Below, one piece after another: positions 35,325 through 46,320 of a stretch of DNA of 64,000 nucleotides. Source of the DNA: Dictyostelium fasciculatum (lineage: Eukaryota); NCBI RefSeq assembly GCF_000203815.1, contig NW_004457695.1:1360054-1424053 (forward strand), read 5' to 3'. Below the pieces are notes generated by a model that searched no databases, was not told where the DNA came from, and was given only the letters and a program-made list of their open reading frames with translations. How positions within the stretch are numbered: the stretch's first letter is position 1; each line of letters opens with the position of its first letter. The position numbers were made by a program, and so were the translations under genes.

Positions 35325-36626
35325 TTATATTATATTTTTATCTATAAACTGACCACGAGATGGACCACTATATTTTTGTAATATATCTAAAATGTCAGAG
35401 GACTGAAATTTCATTTTAATTGTATTGGTTGAACCGTATTTGTCATTGATTATTAAAAGATAAACTTGGTTTTTCTTGTCAAATAGTCTAATTTGTAATA
35501 TTGTTTTGGAATGTCGATCCCTAAGTGCTCCCAAATGATTACTTGAAAGTATTGCCTTTTCAAAAGATGTTACATTTCTTTTGTTTCTGACAGAGGATAG
35601 TGGAAGTTCCAAGTAGAAATCATACCAAGGTTTAATTGGATTGTATATACCAACTGTCTGTAGATGATTATTATTTGGTAGTTGAGTAAAAAAATGTTTG
35701 TTGGTGACACTATTAAATATTTGAGGTATTCCAATATGACGTAGATTTGGTAATTGATTAAAAGGTACGGAAATAATACTGTCTAAACCAATAAGTTTGA
35801 TATTTAATATTTCCAATGATGATGGTAATTGATCAATTGTATCTTGATCATAGTATTTTAGATATACTTTTTTTAATCTCGGTCCAATATCATTATTAAT
35901 GTCTGCAATAATATTTAATTTAAGAGTACTGTGACAATATAGATGCTCCAAATGATAGGGTAGTGGTTGGGGTATAAAACATCCTTCCAATGTTTTAAGG
36001 GATACAGGTAATTTAGAGTACATGTCTACTATTACAGGTGGAGCCAGTCCAATGAATTCCAAGTTGCGTAATCCTTCTGGCAACCAACCATGAGGTATTG
36101 TTTTGGTGGGTACAGTAAAATTGTTTGAATAGTATGATCCATCGCCAATAGTGAGTGCAGTGAGCGACGGTGGTAATCGTATCTCTGAGATGTCTATCTG
36201 TTCGGCGATACCCTCTATAAACAAGTATCGCAATGACTTGAAAACCGTCAAATCACACGATGAAATGATCTTGGTGAGAACTAATCTAGGCAATGAATTG
36301 AAATAATAGTCTCTGTCCCTTGATATTAGGTCAAAATTATTGATTGGAAGAAATATACTTTCAGCCTTTGAAACTACTGTAGTGGGTAGTCTTGCAACAC
36401 CGACATGATCGATGAATCTTCTTCTTAGGTCAAACAGTCGATGACATGTAGCATGCAAACATATTCTTTCAGCATCCAAATCAATCTGTTGAATGATGTA
36501 TCTAATTACTACATTTGGTAATAGCAATAAATTGAATTGTACAACTTCTTCTTCTTCTAGGTTGTCCTCTTCTTTTTGTTCTATACCAAGAAGATTTAAA
36601 ATAGAGCCAAATATACGTCTAAACAT
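35325..36626 (-). CDS. F-box / FNIP-repeat protein (dictyostelid FNIP family), single exon
   Basis: The N-terminal LLLLPNVVIRYIIQQIDLDAERICLHATCHRLFDL is F-box-like. Repeated LPxSLTxL...FNxxI units are FNIP repeats. Confidence 0.65.
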   Translation of the reverse strand: MFRRIFGSILNLLGIEQKEEDNLEEEEVVQFNLLLLPNVVIRYIIQQIDLDAERICLHATCHRLFDLRRRFIDHVGVARLPTTVVSKAESIFLPINNFDLISRDRDYYFNSLPRLVLTKIISSCDLTVFKSLRYLFIEGIAEQIDISEIRLPPSLTALTIGDGSYYSNNFTVPTKTIPHGWLPEGLRNLEFIGLAPPVIVDMYSKLPVSLKTLEGCFIPQPLPYHLEHLYCHSTLKLNIIADINNDIGPRLKKVYLKYYDQDTIDQLPSSLEILNIKLIGLDSIISVPFNQLPNLRHIGIPQIFNSVTNKHFFTQLPNNNHLQTVGIYNPIKPWYDFYLELPLSSVRNKRNVTSFEKAILSSNHLGALRDRHSKTILQIRLFDKKNQVYLLIINDKYGSTNTIKMKFQSSDILDILQKYSGPSRGQFIDKNII

Positions 36627-36981
36627 GGTGCTATATTCAATTTCTTGATAATATAGGGATATCTATTATTCTATCTTCTCTCTTTTATTCTATTTCCTTT
36701 TTTAGAAAGATATAGTCAAAGAGTTCTAGGTTGACACTATCACCCAAAGAATGGGACAGTCTGCGAGAGAGGGTGAAAAATCGATTTTAATTAATTATTT
36801 TTGATTTTATTGGGTGGTGACAACACCACTCTTCAACATGAACAGAAGATTCTTTGAGTTGACATCATCGACCCTGTAAAAGCGTGAGAGTAAAATGAGT
36901 TTTATTATATATTCAATTGTTATTCTCTTACTTTCATTCTATCTCTATACAATTTATACAAACAAACAACAACATTATAAC

Positions 36982-37179
36982 ATGGCAAAGCTTAAAGTAG
37001 GCGACGACGCTCCAGAATTCACCAGTCAAGATGGCAACGGTAACTCTGTTACATTGGCTCAATTCAAAGGAAAGATTCTAGTACTCTATTTCTATCCAAA
37101 GGATGAAACTCCAGGTTGTACCAAGGAAGCTTGTAGTTTCCGTGATAGTTATGAAGATTTTACTAAAGCTGGTGCTTCT
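36982..37179 (+). CDS. Peroxiredoxin Q / BCP-type thiol peroxidase, exon 1
   Basis: MAKLKVGDDAPEFTSQDGNGNSVTLAQFKGKILVLYFYPKDETPGCTKEAC has the PxxxTxxC peroxidatic motif. An in-frame hydrophobic extension exists upstream from 36895. The donor GTAAGA is at 37180. Confidence 0.8.
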
Positions 37180-37272
37180 GTAAGAGAAAAAAGAAAAAAG
37201 AAAAAGAAAGAAATAGAAGATTTACTAATTAAACTTTAATTATTATTTATTACCCTTGTTTATTACTTTTAG

Positions 37273-37572
37273 GTTGTAGGAGTATCATCAGATTCAAAGG
37301 AATCACATCAAAAGTTTTCAGCCAAACATAGATTACCATTCACTCTATTGTCAGATGATGGTTCTTTGGCTAAAAAGTACAAGGTTGGCAAGAACCTTTT
37401 AGTTGTTCCAGCCCGTACTACCTTTATCATTGACCAAAACAGCAAGATTGTTTCTATTCACAACTCTTTATTCGATGCTGAATCACATATCAAGGAATCC
37501 TTAAAGGTTATCGAAGGATTGAAATCAACTACTCCCACAACTACTGCTTCTGACGCTTCTGCAGCAAACTAA
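37273..37572 (+). CDS. PrxQ/BCP exon 2
   Basis: VVGVSSDSKESHQKFSAKHRLPFTLLSDDGSLAKKYKV... is the AhpC/TSA fold. Confidence 0.8.
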   Translation, partial: VVGVSSDSKESHQKFSAKHRLPFTLLSDDGSLAKKYKVGKNLLVVPARTTFIIDQNSKIVSIHNSLFDAESHIKESLKVIEGLKSTTPTTTASDASAAN

Positions 37573-38036
37573 AAACAAAACAACAAACACAAACTATTAA
37601 TAATCACAACCATTTATATTTGTATATAAATAACTTTTTATCCTTCTTTTCTTTCTCTATATATATGTTTTACTTTTGCGCGAGTGTGTTATCTACTAAC
37701 ACACACAAACACAATTTGAACAAAACGCACAAACTTCTCCTTTTAAATAAATTATTATTATATATTTAACATTCTTGTAAATTTACACATCGTGTTGTAT
37801 TGATATGATCAAAAATGGAAGTTGATCATCATCGTCAGCACTCTCTTCAACAATTGCATGATTTAATTAAATTTTTAATTTCAAATGAAATCAAACCTGG
37901 GTGAGAACTGATATATCAGTTTAGTTTAGTTTGCTTGTTCTCACTACGTACATATATATATATATATATAAACCTAACTATTCATCCTCTCCCTATCTTT
38001 TATTCTTATTCTTTTCCCTCCTTTAAATTGATTAAT

Positions 38037-38083
38037 ATGACAGTTTTATCAAGAGATGAGGTACTTAAATGTATAGAATCAGG
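38037..38083 (+). CDS. dcd: dCTP deaminase (bacterial Dcd family), exon 1
   Basis: MTVLSRDEVLKCIESG resembles the E. coli Dcd start MRLCDRDIEAWLDEG. The donor GTAGGT is at 38084. Confidence 0.7.
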
Positions 38084-38148
38084 GTAGGTATTGATCAACA
38101 GATAAGAGATAGTAGCAGCAAGATTAGTAATACTAACATCTCCTTTAG

Positions 38149-38617
38149 TGAAATATCAATTAGTCCATTTGATCCAGATGCACTTGGTGGTGCCACATTG
38201 GATCTAACATTGTCAAATGAATTTAGAGTGTTTTCAAAAGAATCTGAAACCATTCTTGTCACTGATGAAACCAACTATAGAGATTATACCAAACATTTTG
38301 TACTAGGCGAAGGAGAGACTTTCATTTTAGAGCCAAGATCATTGGTTTTGGCCATCACCAAAGAGACCATCTCGCTCTCTCCCAACTATTGTGGTCTACT
38401 AGAAGGCAGATCTCGTTTTGCAAGAATGGGACTCTTTGTTCACTTGTCTACAGGTTTCATGCAACCATCCATCTCTAGTCGACAGGTTCTCGAAATATTC
38501 AATGCATCCAACAATCGTTTGGAACTAAAACCTGGATCTAAAATGTGTCAATTTATTTTTATGAAAATGGAAGGACAAGCTTCTTATACTGGTAGATTTA
38601 GAGATAATCATTTGTAA
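38149..38617 (+). CDS. dcd: dCTP deaminase exon 2
   Basis: EISISPFDPDALGGATLDLTLSNEFRVF...GRSRFARMGLFVHLSTGFMQP...ELKPGSKMCQFIF is close to bacterial Dcd throughout. Confidence 0.8.
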
Positions 38618-39347
38618 CAATAATAATAATAATAAAACAAACAGATAGTAATAATAAACATATAACAACAAACAAACTATACACATAATTGTGAAATGAG
38701 AGAATAATCTCATAACCAAACCAAACCAAACCAGGCTGCTAAAAATGTTTATTTTTGAAAGCTCGCAAATTTTAATGTTTTTTTTAAATTTTTATTCATT
38801 GATGATGACATTTCGACGGGTTGTTACAACCTTCTAACCAAAGTAATCATAGCTCTCTAATAGAGAGACAAAGGGATCTCTCTCATCTGTATTCTTTTAA
38901 CCTCCTGAACTGTGTGTGTGTGGTGAAGATTTCTTTTTACACCTCTAGATAATGGAATGAGGGGTGTCTTTTTCAAAAGTGAAAGAGTAAAAGTATATTA
39001 CCGTTTGAAAATCCGATGTCGAAAAAGGTAATTCATAGTGACTGAAGAGAAGATATTTTCTTGACCGGTGATTTTTTATTCATATTAAATTAAATTAAAA
39101 TTACAATAGAATATGCAAGCAAAGTTGTTTTCAATAAGGGTTTATGAATCATCTTTTATATTCTTCATTCATTCATTCATTTTGTATACATATATTGTTT
39201 TTTACTTCTTTTTTTTTTTTTTTTTAAGGTATAGTGTGTGTGTGTGTGATCTACAACTTTATTTGTTCATTGTGTACATATATATAGATAGATAGATAGA
39301 TAATTATAGAACCAATCACAATCAACAACCTTTATTTTTAAAAAAAG

Positions 39348-39502
39348 ATGGGATTACCAATTAAATCAGTACTCGGCGATGAGTATATCGATTACATTAC
39401 AATATCAATTCCATTCTTTTTGATATTAACATTGATTGAATTTATCTATTCAATTGTTAGAAAGAAAAAGATGGATTATACAATCACTGATTCAATTGGA
39501 AG
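39348..39502 (+). CDS. Fatty-acid hydroxylase superfamily enzyme (alkylglycerol monooxygenase / sterol desaturase-like), exon 1
   Basis: MGLPIKSVLGDEYIDYITISIPFFLILTLIEF... The donor GTAAAC is at 39503. Confidence 0.65.
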
Positions 39503-39587
39503 GTAAACAAAAAAAAACAAAAAGAAAAAGTATAGAAAAAAAACAAAGTTAAATTATTATTATTAACATTCTATTCTATAATTTTAG

Positions 39588-39840
39588 TTTTTCCACTGGA
39601 TTAACAACTGTAATTTTGGATAAATTAGTACCTGGAACATTGGCAAAAAGTTTAGAGTTTATTTGTGTGATTTATATTTATAAACATCATAGATTATTGA
39701 CTGTTGATGAAGATTCTAAATTGGCTTCGTTAGCATGTCTGGTTTTGGTTGATTTTGGGTATTATTGGTTTCATAGACTTGCTCATGAAATTAATGTTTT
39801 ATGGTCATCTCATTCAACTCATCATTCAAGTGAATTATAT
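39588..39840 (+). CDS. FA-hydroxylase exon 2 (His boxes 1-2)
   Basis: [25 protein letters not shown] is HxxxH...HxxHH. The donor is GTAAGG. Confidence 0.75.
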
Positions 39841-39929
39841 GTAAGGAAGATAATATAATATATAAAAAAAAAAACAAATCACTCTATCAATCATTTATTA
39901 ATATTTCTATTTTTCTATTTTTTTTAAAG

Positions 39930-40636
39930 AATTTAACAACAGCATTAAGACAAAATGCATTTCAACCATATGTTAGTTGGGTATTTTATTTACCATTGGG
40001 ATTTTTTATGCCACCAGGTATATTCTTTTTCCACAAACAATTTAATACGATTTCTCAATTTTGGATTCACACCAAATATATTCCTAAATTGGGTGCTATT
40101 GAATGGATATTTAATACACCATCACATCATAGAGTTCATCATGGTCGTAATCCAAAGTATTTGGATAAAAACTATGCAGGTTTATTGATTGTTTGGGATC
40201 GAATGTTTGGTACATTCCAAGAAGAGGAGGAGGAGGTATTTTATGGTTTGGTTGAACCAATCAATAGTTTTGATCCAACATGGGTACAATTCCATAACCT
40301 ATTCAAGGTTTATGAAAAAGCTGGCACTATGAAGACATTTGGAGACAAGATGAAAGCTATCTTTTATGGTCCAGGTTGGTATCCTGGACTACCACGTCTT
40401 GGTGATAACAATCTTTGTCCAATTCCAAAGGAATCTGAAAAACAAGGTCGTGTCGGTTATAGTCTACCAGGATTCATGGGTCTCTACATTTTTATTCAAT
40501 TTTTACTAGTCTCTCTTGGATCGCTTGTATTAATGGTTGTTTTTGAAAAACAACTTGGTCATCAAAATATTTCAATCATGTTAACCTTTTTATATATTTC
40601 ATTTACTACTATTGGTTCAATTAGTAGTAGAAAAGA
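39930..40636 (+). CDS. FA-hydroxylase exon 3 (His box 3, HHRVHHG)
   Basis: NLTTALRQNAFQPYVSW...NTPSHHRVHHGRNPKYLDKNYAGLLIVWDRMFGTF. Confidence 0.75.
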
Positions 40637-40717
40637 GTAAGACAAAAAAAAAAAACAGGAAAAAGAAAACAAAACAAAATTAACAAATGTTTATTTTATT
40701 TATTTTATTTCTTTTAG

Positions 40718-40880
40718 ATATGCAATGATATTTGAATTAACAAGATTAATTTCATTTATACTTTATACTTATGATACACCATATATGTGGTTAAAAGTAG
40801 TTAGAGGATTTTATTTATTCTCGTGTATTTATATTGTTGGAAAAATTCAAAATCCTTTCAAAAAACAAAAACAAGTCTAA
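40718..40880 (+). CDS. FA-hydroxylase putative 3' exon (extra TM helices)
   Basis: A GTAAGA donor at 40637 and a (T)nAG acceptor keep the frame. The exon encodes hydrophobic EYAMIFELTRLISFILYTY... Confidence 0.4.
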
Positions 40881-40973
40881 ATAAATAATAAATAGAATAG
40901 TCGTAGTATATATTAAAATTTAAAAACTAATCAATCCGTTTTATATACAATTTGAAATTATTATTATTATTAT

Positions 40974-42236
40974 CTAAGCTGGTAATAATTCCTTTTCTTT
41001 TTTCTTTTCTTCTTGATCTTGTTTTTCTTTAAACTCTTCTTCTGCATCTTTCATTAAACTTTCTAATAATTCTTCATCTTCTTTACTAAATAATCCTTCT
41101 TGTTGTTGTTTTTGTTTTGGTTGTTCAACTACTATTGGTTCCTTTGTTTTTTCTGTTGTTGTTGTTGTAGTAGTAGTAGTAGTTTCTTGATTTTTAATTG
41201 GTGTATTATTATTACTATTACTAAGAGTTAATTTTTCCAAATCTTTTGTAAACAAATCAGTTTCCATTTGTTCCAATTCTTTTTCAAGTTGTTCTTCTTC
41301 ATCAGAGGATAGATAATTGATATTACTTGACGCGGTCATACCAGTTTTAATAGCTTCATCAATTTCCTTTTGATCGGTCATTGCTTCTTCAAAGTCATCC
41401 ATGACTTGGTAGACTTGATCGACAGTCATTTTTTCATTGACCTTTTTCAAGGTGCCCACACCGACACAGAGTGCATCGACAACCTGTTGGTTGCTATTGG
41501 CCGACTCGATACTCATCAAGACGTCGTGTATATTGTTTGATTGTTGCGTTCTCGTTTCGAGAATCGACTCTAGTTTCTTTTTCTTTTTGAGGTGGTGCAA
41601 AGCATTGTTCTTTTGCTTGACGGCGATATACTCTGAAATCTTGGCATTAGTAGCCTTGATGTCATCCATAAGACTCTTTTCCTGTGCCAACAACATGTCA
41701 TAGGTGGCCTGTAGCTTCAATACACCATAGTCCGAGTCCATAGCCACCACCTTTTGTCCGTCGAGTGCAAACTTGACACCCTTGACCTGGTCACCCTGCA
41801 CAATGTATGCAGCGCGACCCTCGCGGATCAACACACCCACCAACAGGGCAATCTCGTCTCTTGTCAGTTGTTGCTCTTGGCCAAGTATACTCTCGAGTTT
41901 GGCCAACGATACGATTGGTTCCGATGTGATTGCACTCTCTATTTGGCTATAGTATAGAGTCTCTGCCTTTTCCAACACCACACTCTTTACAATCAACTTT
42001 CGTTCTGCCCAAGGGTTACTTGCATTTGATCCTCCTTTTCTTGGTGATGCTGCTACAGACAAAGATGTCTGTGTGGCTCCACTATCCTTTCCTCCCCCTC
42101 CTCCTCCTGCTACCCATGACCACGACCACTGAAATGTAGGTACTGCTACTCTATTCCAAAACCATGACCATCCATTCAACACTGTATTAAATTCTTGTAT
42201 AGTTATAATTGTCTTTTCTTTTTTTTCTATTTGTTC
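40974..42236 (-). CDS. ESCRT-III related CHMP7, exon 2 (linker and Snf7 domain); notably GC-rich coding
   Basis: ...KKKKKLESILETRTQQSNNIHDVLMSIESANSNQQVVDALCVGVGTLKKVNEKMTVDQVYQVMDDFEE is the Snf7 core. Confidence 0.75.
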   Translation of the reverse strand, partial: EQIEKKEKTIITIQEFNTVLNGWSWFWNRVAVPTFQWSWSWVAGGGGGGKDSGATQTSLSVAASPRKGGSNASNPWAERKLIVKSVVLEKAETLYYSQIESAITSEPIVSLAKLESILGQEQQLTRDEIALLVGVLIREGRAAYIVQGDQVKGVKFALDGQKVVAMDSDYGVLKLQATYDMLLAQEKSLMDDIKATNAKISEYIAVKQKNNALHHLKKKKKLESILETRTQQSNNIHDVLMSIESANSNQQVVDALCVGVGTLKKVNEKMTVDQVYQVMDDFEEAMTDQKEIDEAIKTGMTASSNINYLSSDEEEQLEKELEQMETDLFTKDLEKLTLSNSNNNTPIKNQETTTTTTTTTTEKTKEPIVVEQPKQKQQQEGLFSKEDEELLESLMKDAEEEFKEKQDQEEKKKEKELLPA

Positions 42237-42311
42237 CTAAATAAAAATAAAAAATAAAAGTAAGTAAATAAATATCTTTACTTTCTACCTCTATTTCTTT
42301 TCTATTCTTAC

Positions 42312-42644
42312 AATAATTTCAAATAAAGAAATTGGAGATATACCATCAACTTTGAAAGCATCTTGTAATTGGTTTGGTGTAAATATCAATAGATTAGCAT
42401 CTTGAGATAGTTGAGTGATAGCCAAAGACCAAAAAGAAACTAGATTATCGTATCTCTCTGGATTCTGCTCTCTTGTACGTGGTAAACGACTGTACAACAT
42501 CATCTTTCGTTCACTACCATTCTTTATCTCGTCCATAGACGATACTACCTTTTTTATTTTCTGATTCTTTACACTCTCTACTGATGTAATGTTGGTTATT
42601 CCTCCTCCTCCCATTCTAATAGGAGATACATTCTTATTATTCAT
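42312..42644 (-). CDS. CHMP7 exon 1 (N-terminal winged-helix region)
   Basis: MMLYSRLPRTREQNPERYDNLVSFWSLAITQLSQDANLLIFTPNQLQDAFKV resembles the human CHMP7 N-terminus. The donor is GTAAGA. Confidence 0.7.
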
Positions 42645-45194
42645 TTCTGAAAGTAAATAAAAGTAAAAGAACAAGTAAAAATAATAATAAAATAAAATGA
42701 ACAATAGCTCAAAAATGTTTAATTTATTTTTTTGTGTGACGAACTATCATTATTTTAAAATCTCCCTCCAAAACCAAAAAAAAACCTTTCTTTTACTCTT
42801 TTTTTTTTTGACAAAGAGAGAGAAAAGAGATATCTGTAATATAAACAAATAACAAATAATAATAAATTACTTTTTATTTTTATTATTATTATGAATATTG
42901 ATCAATCAATGGAATGGGTTGTACACATTCAAGGTTTAGTATTACCCGACCTGGAACCAGGAATGGGAATGAACAGTTAGTTAACTAATTGTATATTTAT
43001 CGTTGGTAGTTATCATCAAACCTTTTAAAGGTTATTATATTTAGATGGGTTTTTTAATTGGATGGATGGATACTCATTTCCTAAAATGCGATGATGACGA
43101 TGATGATACAATGCGCGTCGTTTGAGCCTTTTTATCATTATACGAAAGATTATTAATTAATTAGGGGGTCTTCTAACTAGTCAAGTCTCAAAGTCTACGG
43201 AATGATCAGATGCACCAACAGTTGCGATGTTCAGCAGACTTGCACCAACTCGAGAGACGACAATTCATTTTTCGCTTCACATAAAAACTTGGCACCATAT
43301 TTATATTGTTGTTAAAAAAACACTTCGTTTCCACTTGGCAAAGACCCCAACCGTTAAAATTGTTTAAAATTTGAATTTTTGTCTTATTTTTTCTTTGAAA
43401 GACATTTCACAAGGACCGACTGCACATACTAATAATTATTGAACAACAACCAATCTCTCTATCTAAAAAGTAAAAATATTAAAAAGATATAAAACTATCT
43501 ACCACCAACCCATCATCCATCATCCATCATCACAGCACAGCTCCCAGTAGACAACACACAGCAGTAGCATCCTTATCTATCCTTATCTATCCTTATCCAC
43601 ATCCAATCTAAGGTATGTATCTTATCTTTGCACTAATCCTAAAAAACAACAGTTGTCCCTTGTCATTGTCACACACCAAGCAAAAACCAAAAAAAACATC
43701 ATTCTGCAACCAACCTCACAACAACACCGTTTTCAAATAAAATGATATCATTCTTGTGTATAGAGTCATCACCTTGAACAGTCGCAAAAAGGCTATGATG
43801 TGGAAACCAAAAGAGAGAGATAATTATTATCTTAAGAAAGTGATCATTAAACGACACACTCCAATCATAGTAAACACACAACCGTAAAAGTAATGATCCA
43901 TTTCTTATCGGCTTCGTCATTGCCTTACTAAGTGCACGAGTTTACCTCCCTAGTTTATTTATGATAATCAGAAAATAGAACAACACGAATATTCTATTCT
44001 ATTCTATTCCATTTATTTTAATAATTTATAAAATTGATCAATCATCCACCATCATCAACTACTAGTTAACAAACAAACACCACACTTTAACATCATTCAT
44101 TCGATTAATCTTAATCACTATCATTCATCCAACATCTTTGATTTATAAAATCATCATCCACAAACCACAAATAATAATAATAATAATAATAATAATAGTT
44201 TTAATTAAGTTAATTTTGTTTTAATATTTGCTGCTTCTGCTTTATATTTATTTGTTTGTGAAAGACAAACCCTCATCCATAACCTTTGCTTGACTAGTCC
44301 CTCAGATTTTGTTCAGTTCAGCCGACTCTTTTTGTTTTTTTTTTTTTTTTTCCTCTTTCAACTTCCATTTTAAACTTACACAATATATAAATCTTACCTA
44401 AAAGAAAGAAGAAGAACAAGAACAAGAACTAAAAGGCCTGTCTCAAGATATAACTCTTATTCTTACAACAACGACAACAACAAAAAGTAGTTATCCTAAT
44501 AACACCTTTAATCACTCTTATCATCAACAACATCATCTTATCATTTTAGCATACTTTTGGTAGAGATTATATATATATATATATAACATACACATAAGAT
44601 AACTCACGACTCTGTACATACAAATCATACAAAATACACATATACAGACAGACAAAAGTATTATATTATTAGTATAAGTGAAATCTCTGTTTGCATCTTT
44701 AATCTCATTTCATATTTCATTTAAATCATTCCCAAACCAACAGGACAACACATTAACTCTTTTTGAAACTATAAATATTATAGTCTCTTTATTCAAACTT
44801 GTACATACAACATAACATACAATTACTTTATTTATTTATTTATTTATTTGTTTTTGTTTGTCTTTTTTAAAAAGCAGTAGCAAGTAAATTTAAAATTAAA
44901 ATTATTAATAATAATAATCATAACCAACCAACACATAAACCTTTAATAATGATAGAATGTAAATATTTTAAAATCAAATCACTTTATGTTTCACGTTTAA
45001 ATCATTTTCAATTAAAAAGGACTTCTTTTCTTTGAGTTGCTTTGGAGTCGATAATCCCAAAGAACATCAATCAATCAATCAATCAATCAAATCAGACTCC
45101 TTTTTGTTGTTTCAATACTTTTACTCTTTTGGTAAGGGTCGTGGGTTGCTGTTGTCGTCGACACCCATCAATCTATCCATTTGAAACGTGTGAT

Positions 45195-45202
45195 TTATAA
45201 AT
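45195..45202 (+). promoter_or_regulatory. Candidate TATA box TATAAATA inside a GC-rich island
   Basis: TGATTTATAAATAGG sits in the only GC-rich block (45120-45500) of a 4-kb gene-free stretch. Confidence 0.3.
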
Positions 45203-45743
45203 AGGTGCCAGATATCAAAAGAGGCGACTCCACCACTAAACTACAACGACAACTTTGACTTTTGTTTGTTGTGTGGGGTGGCAACAGACCAACAACAACA
45301 ACAGACAGGCAGGCAGTCTATTTTATTCATTAAATCATTGATGATGGGTTATTTATTGGCGGGATGGATGGCTGGTGTGACGGGTGACCACCCCTCGAAT
45401 TGTGTGTTGTTTGAGATTCACCTGTGTTTAAATCTCTCTACTAATTGATCATCCATCAGTCCATCAATCAAATAACCTTTTCTTTCCCCACTCGTCCACC
45501 CCCCCCCCCTCATACCTGTTTTATCAACCATCTATCACACATATAATATACACACACAATACATACATACATATAATCATACAATATTTATTTATATATA
45601 TATTGTTGTGTTGTATATGTATTGTTGTTCAATCAATCAATCTATCTTTTTTTTTTTTAATATTATTTATTCAAATAAACAACTAATACTCGAGCACTTG
45701 ACAATACCAAACCGAATGAACAACACAACAACAACAACAAAAT

Positions 45744-45846
45744 ATGTTTACGATTAATCCAACAATGATTGCATCTGAAAATACTAGTCACTTTTATCAT
45801 CAACAGCAACATCAAAACAGTAATAATAATAATATTGATGTTAGAG
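45744..45846 (+). CDS. Small two-exon ORF upstream of the STAT gene (separate small gene or upstream ORF / leader exons), exon 1
   Basis: MFTINPTMIASENTSHFYHQQQHQNSNNNNIDVR. The donor GTATCA is at 45847. Confidence 0.3.
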
Positions 45847-45970
45847 GTATCAATCAATCAAATCAATCAATCAAATCAACATTACTTTACTTTTGTGTTT
45901 TTCCATTCCTTTCCATTTCGAATTAAAATGATTAATTATTAATGTACCTTTTTCTCATTCTTTTCTTTAG

Positions 45971-46320
45971 TATTAGATACAACTACGATTCCAGCCAATT
46001 CCAAATTACTATATAATACCAATCATCCAGATATCAATAGTGCCTATACATCGACTATTCTTTCACCTGTTCTTTCACCCATTCATTTGACACCTCTCCC
46101 ACCAATAACAACAACAACAACAACAACAACTATACCAACAATGAGTAAAAAGAGGCCAATTGATTCATTGGATGATGGTTATTCCGAAGATATCAAACAA
46201 GAAGAAGAACTCATGCCATCAGCAGATGGATTTACAACAAATGATGATTTAATGTCTCTTATGACTTTTTTAGAGTATGTATCAAAAATAATAATATTAT
46301 TTATGTTTTTTAAACTATAG
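45971..46320 (+). CDS. Small two-exon ORF, exon 2
   Basis: The frame is kept across a 124-nt GT-AG intron. ...MSKKRPIDSLDDGYSEDIKQEEELMPSADGFTTNDDLMSLMTFLE. An alternative GTATGT donor lies at 46275. Confidence 0.3.
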
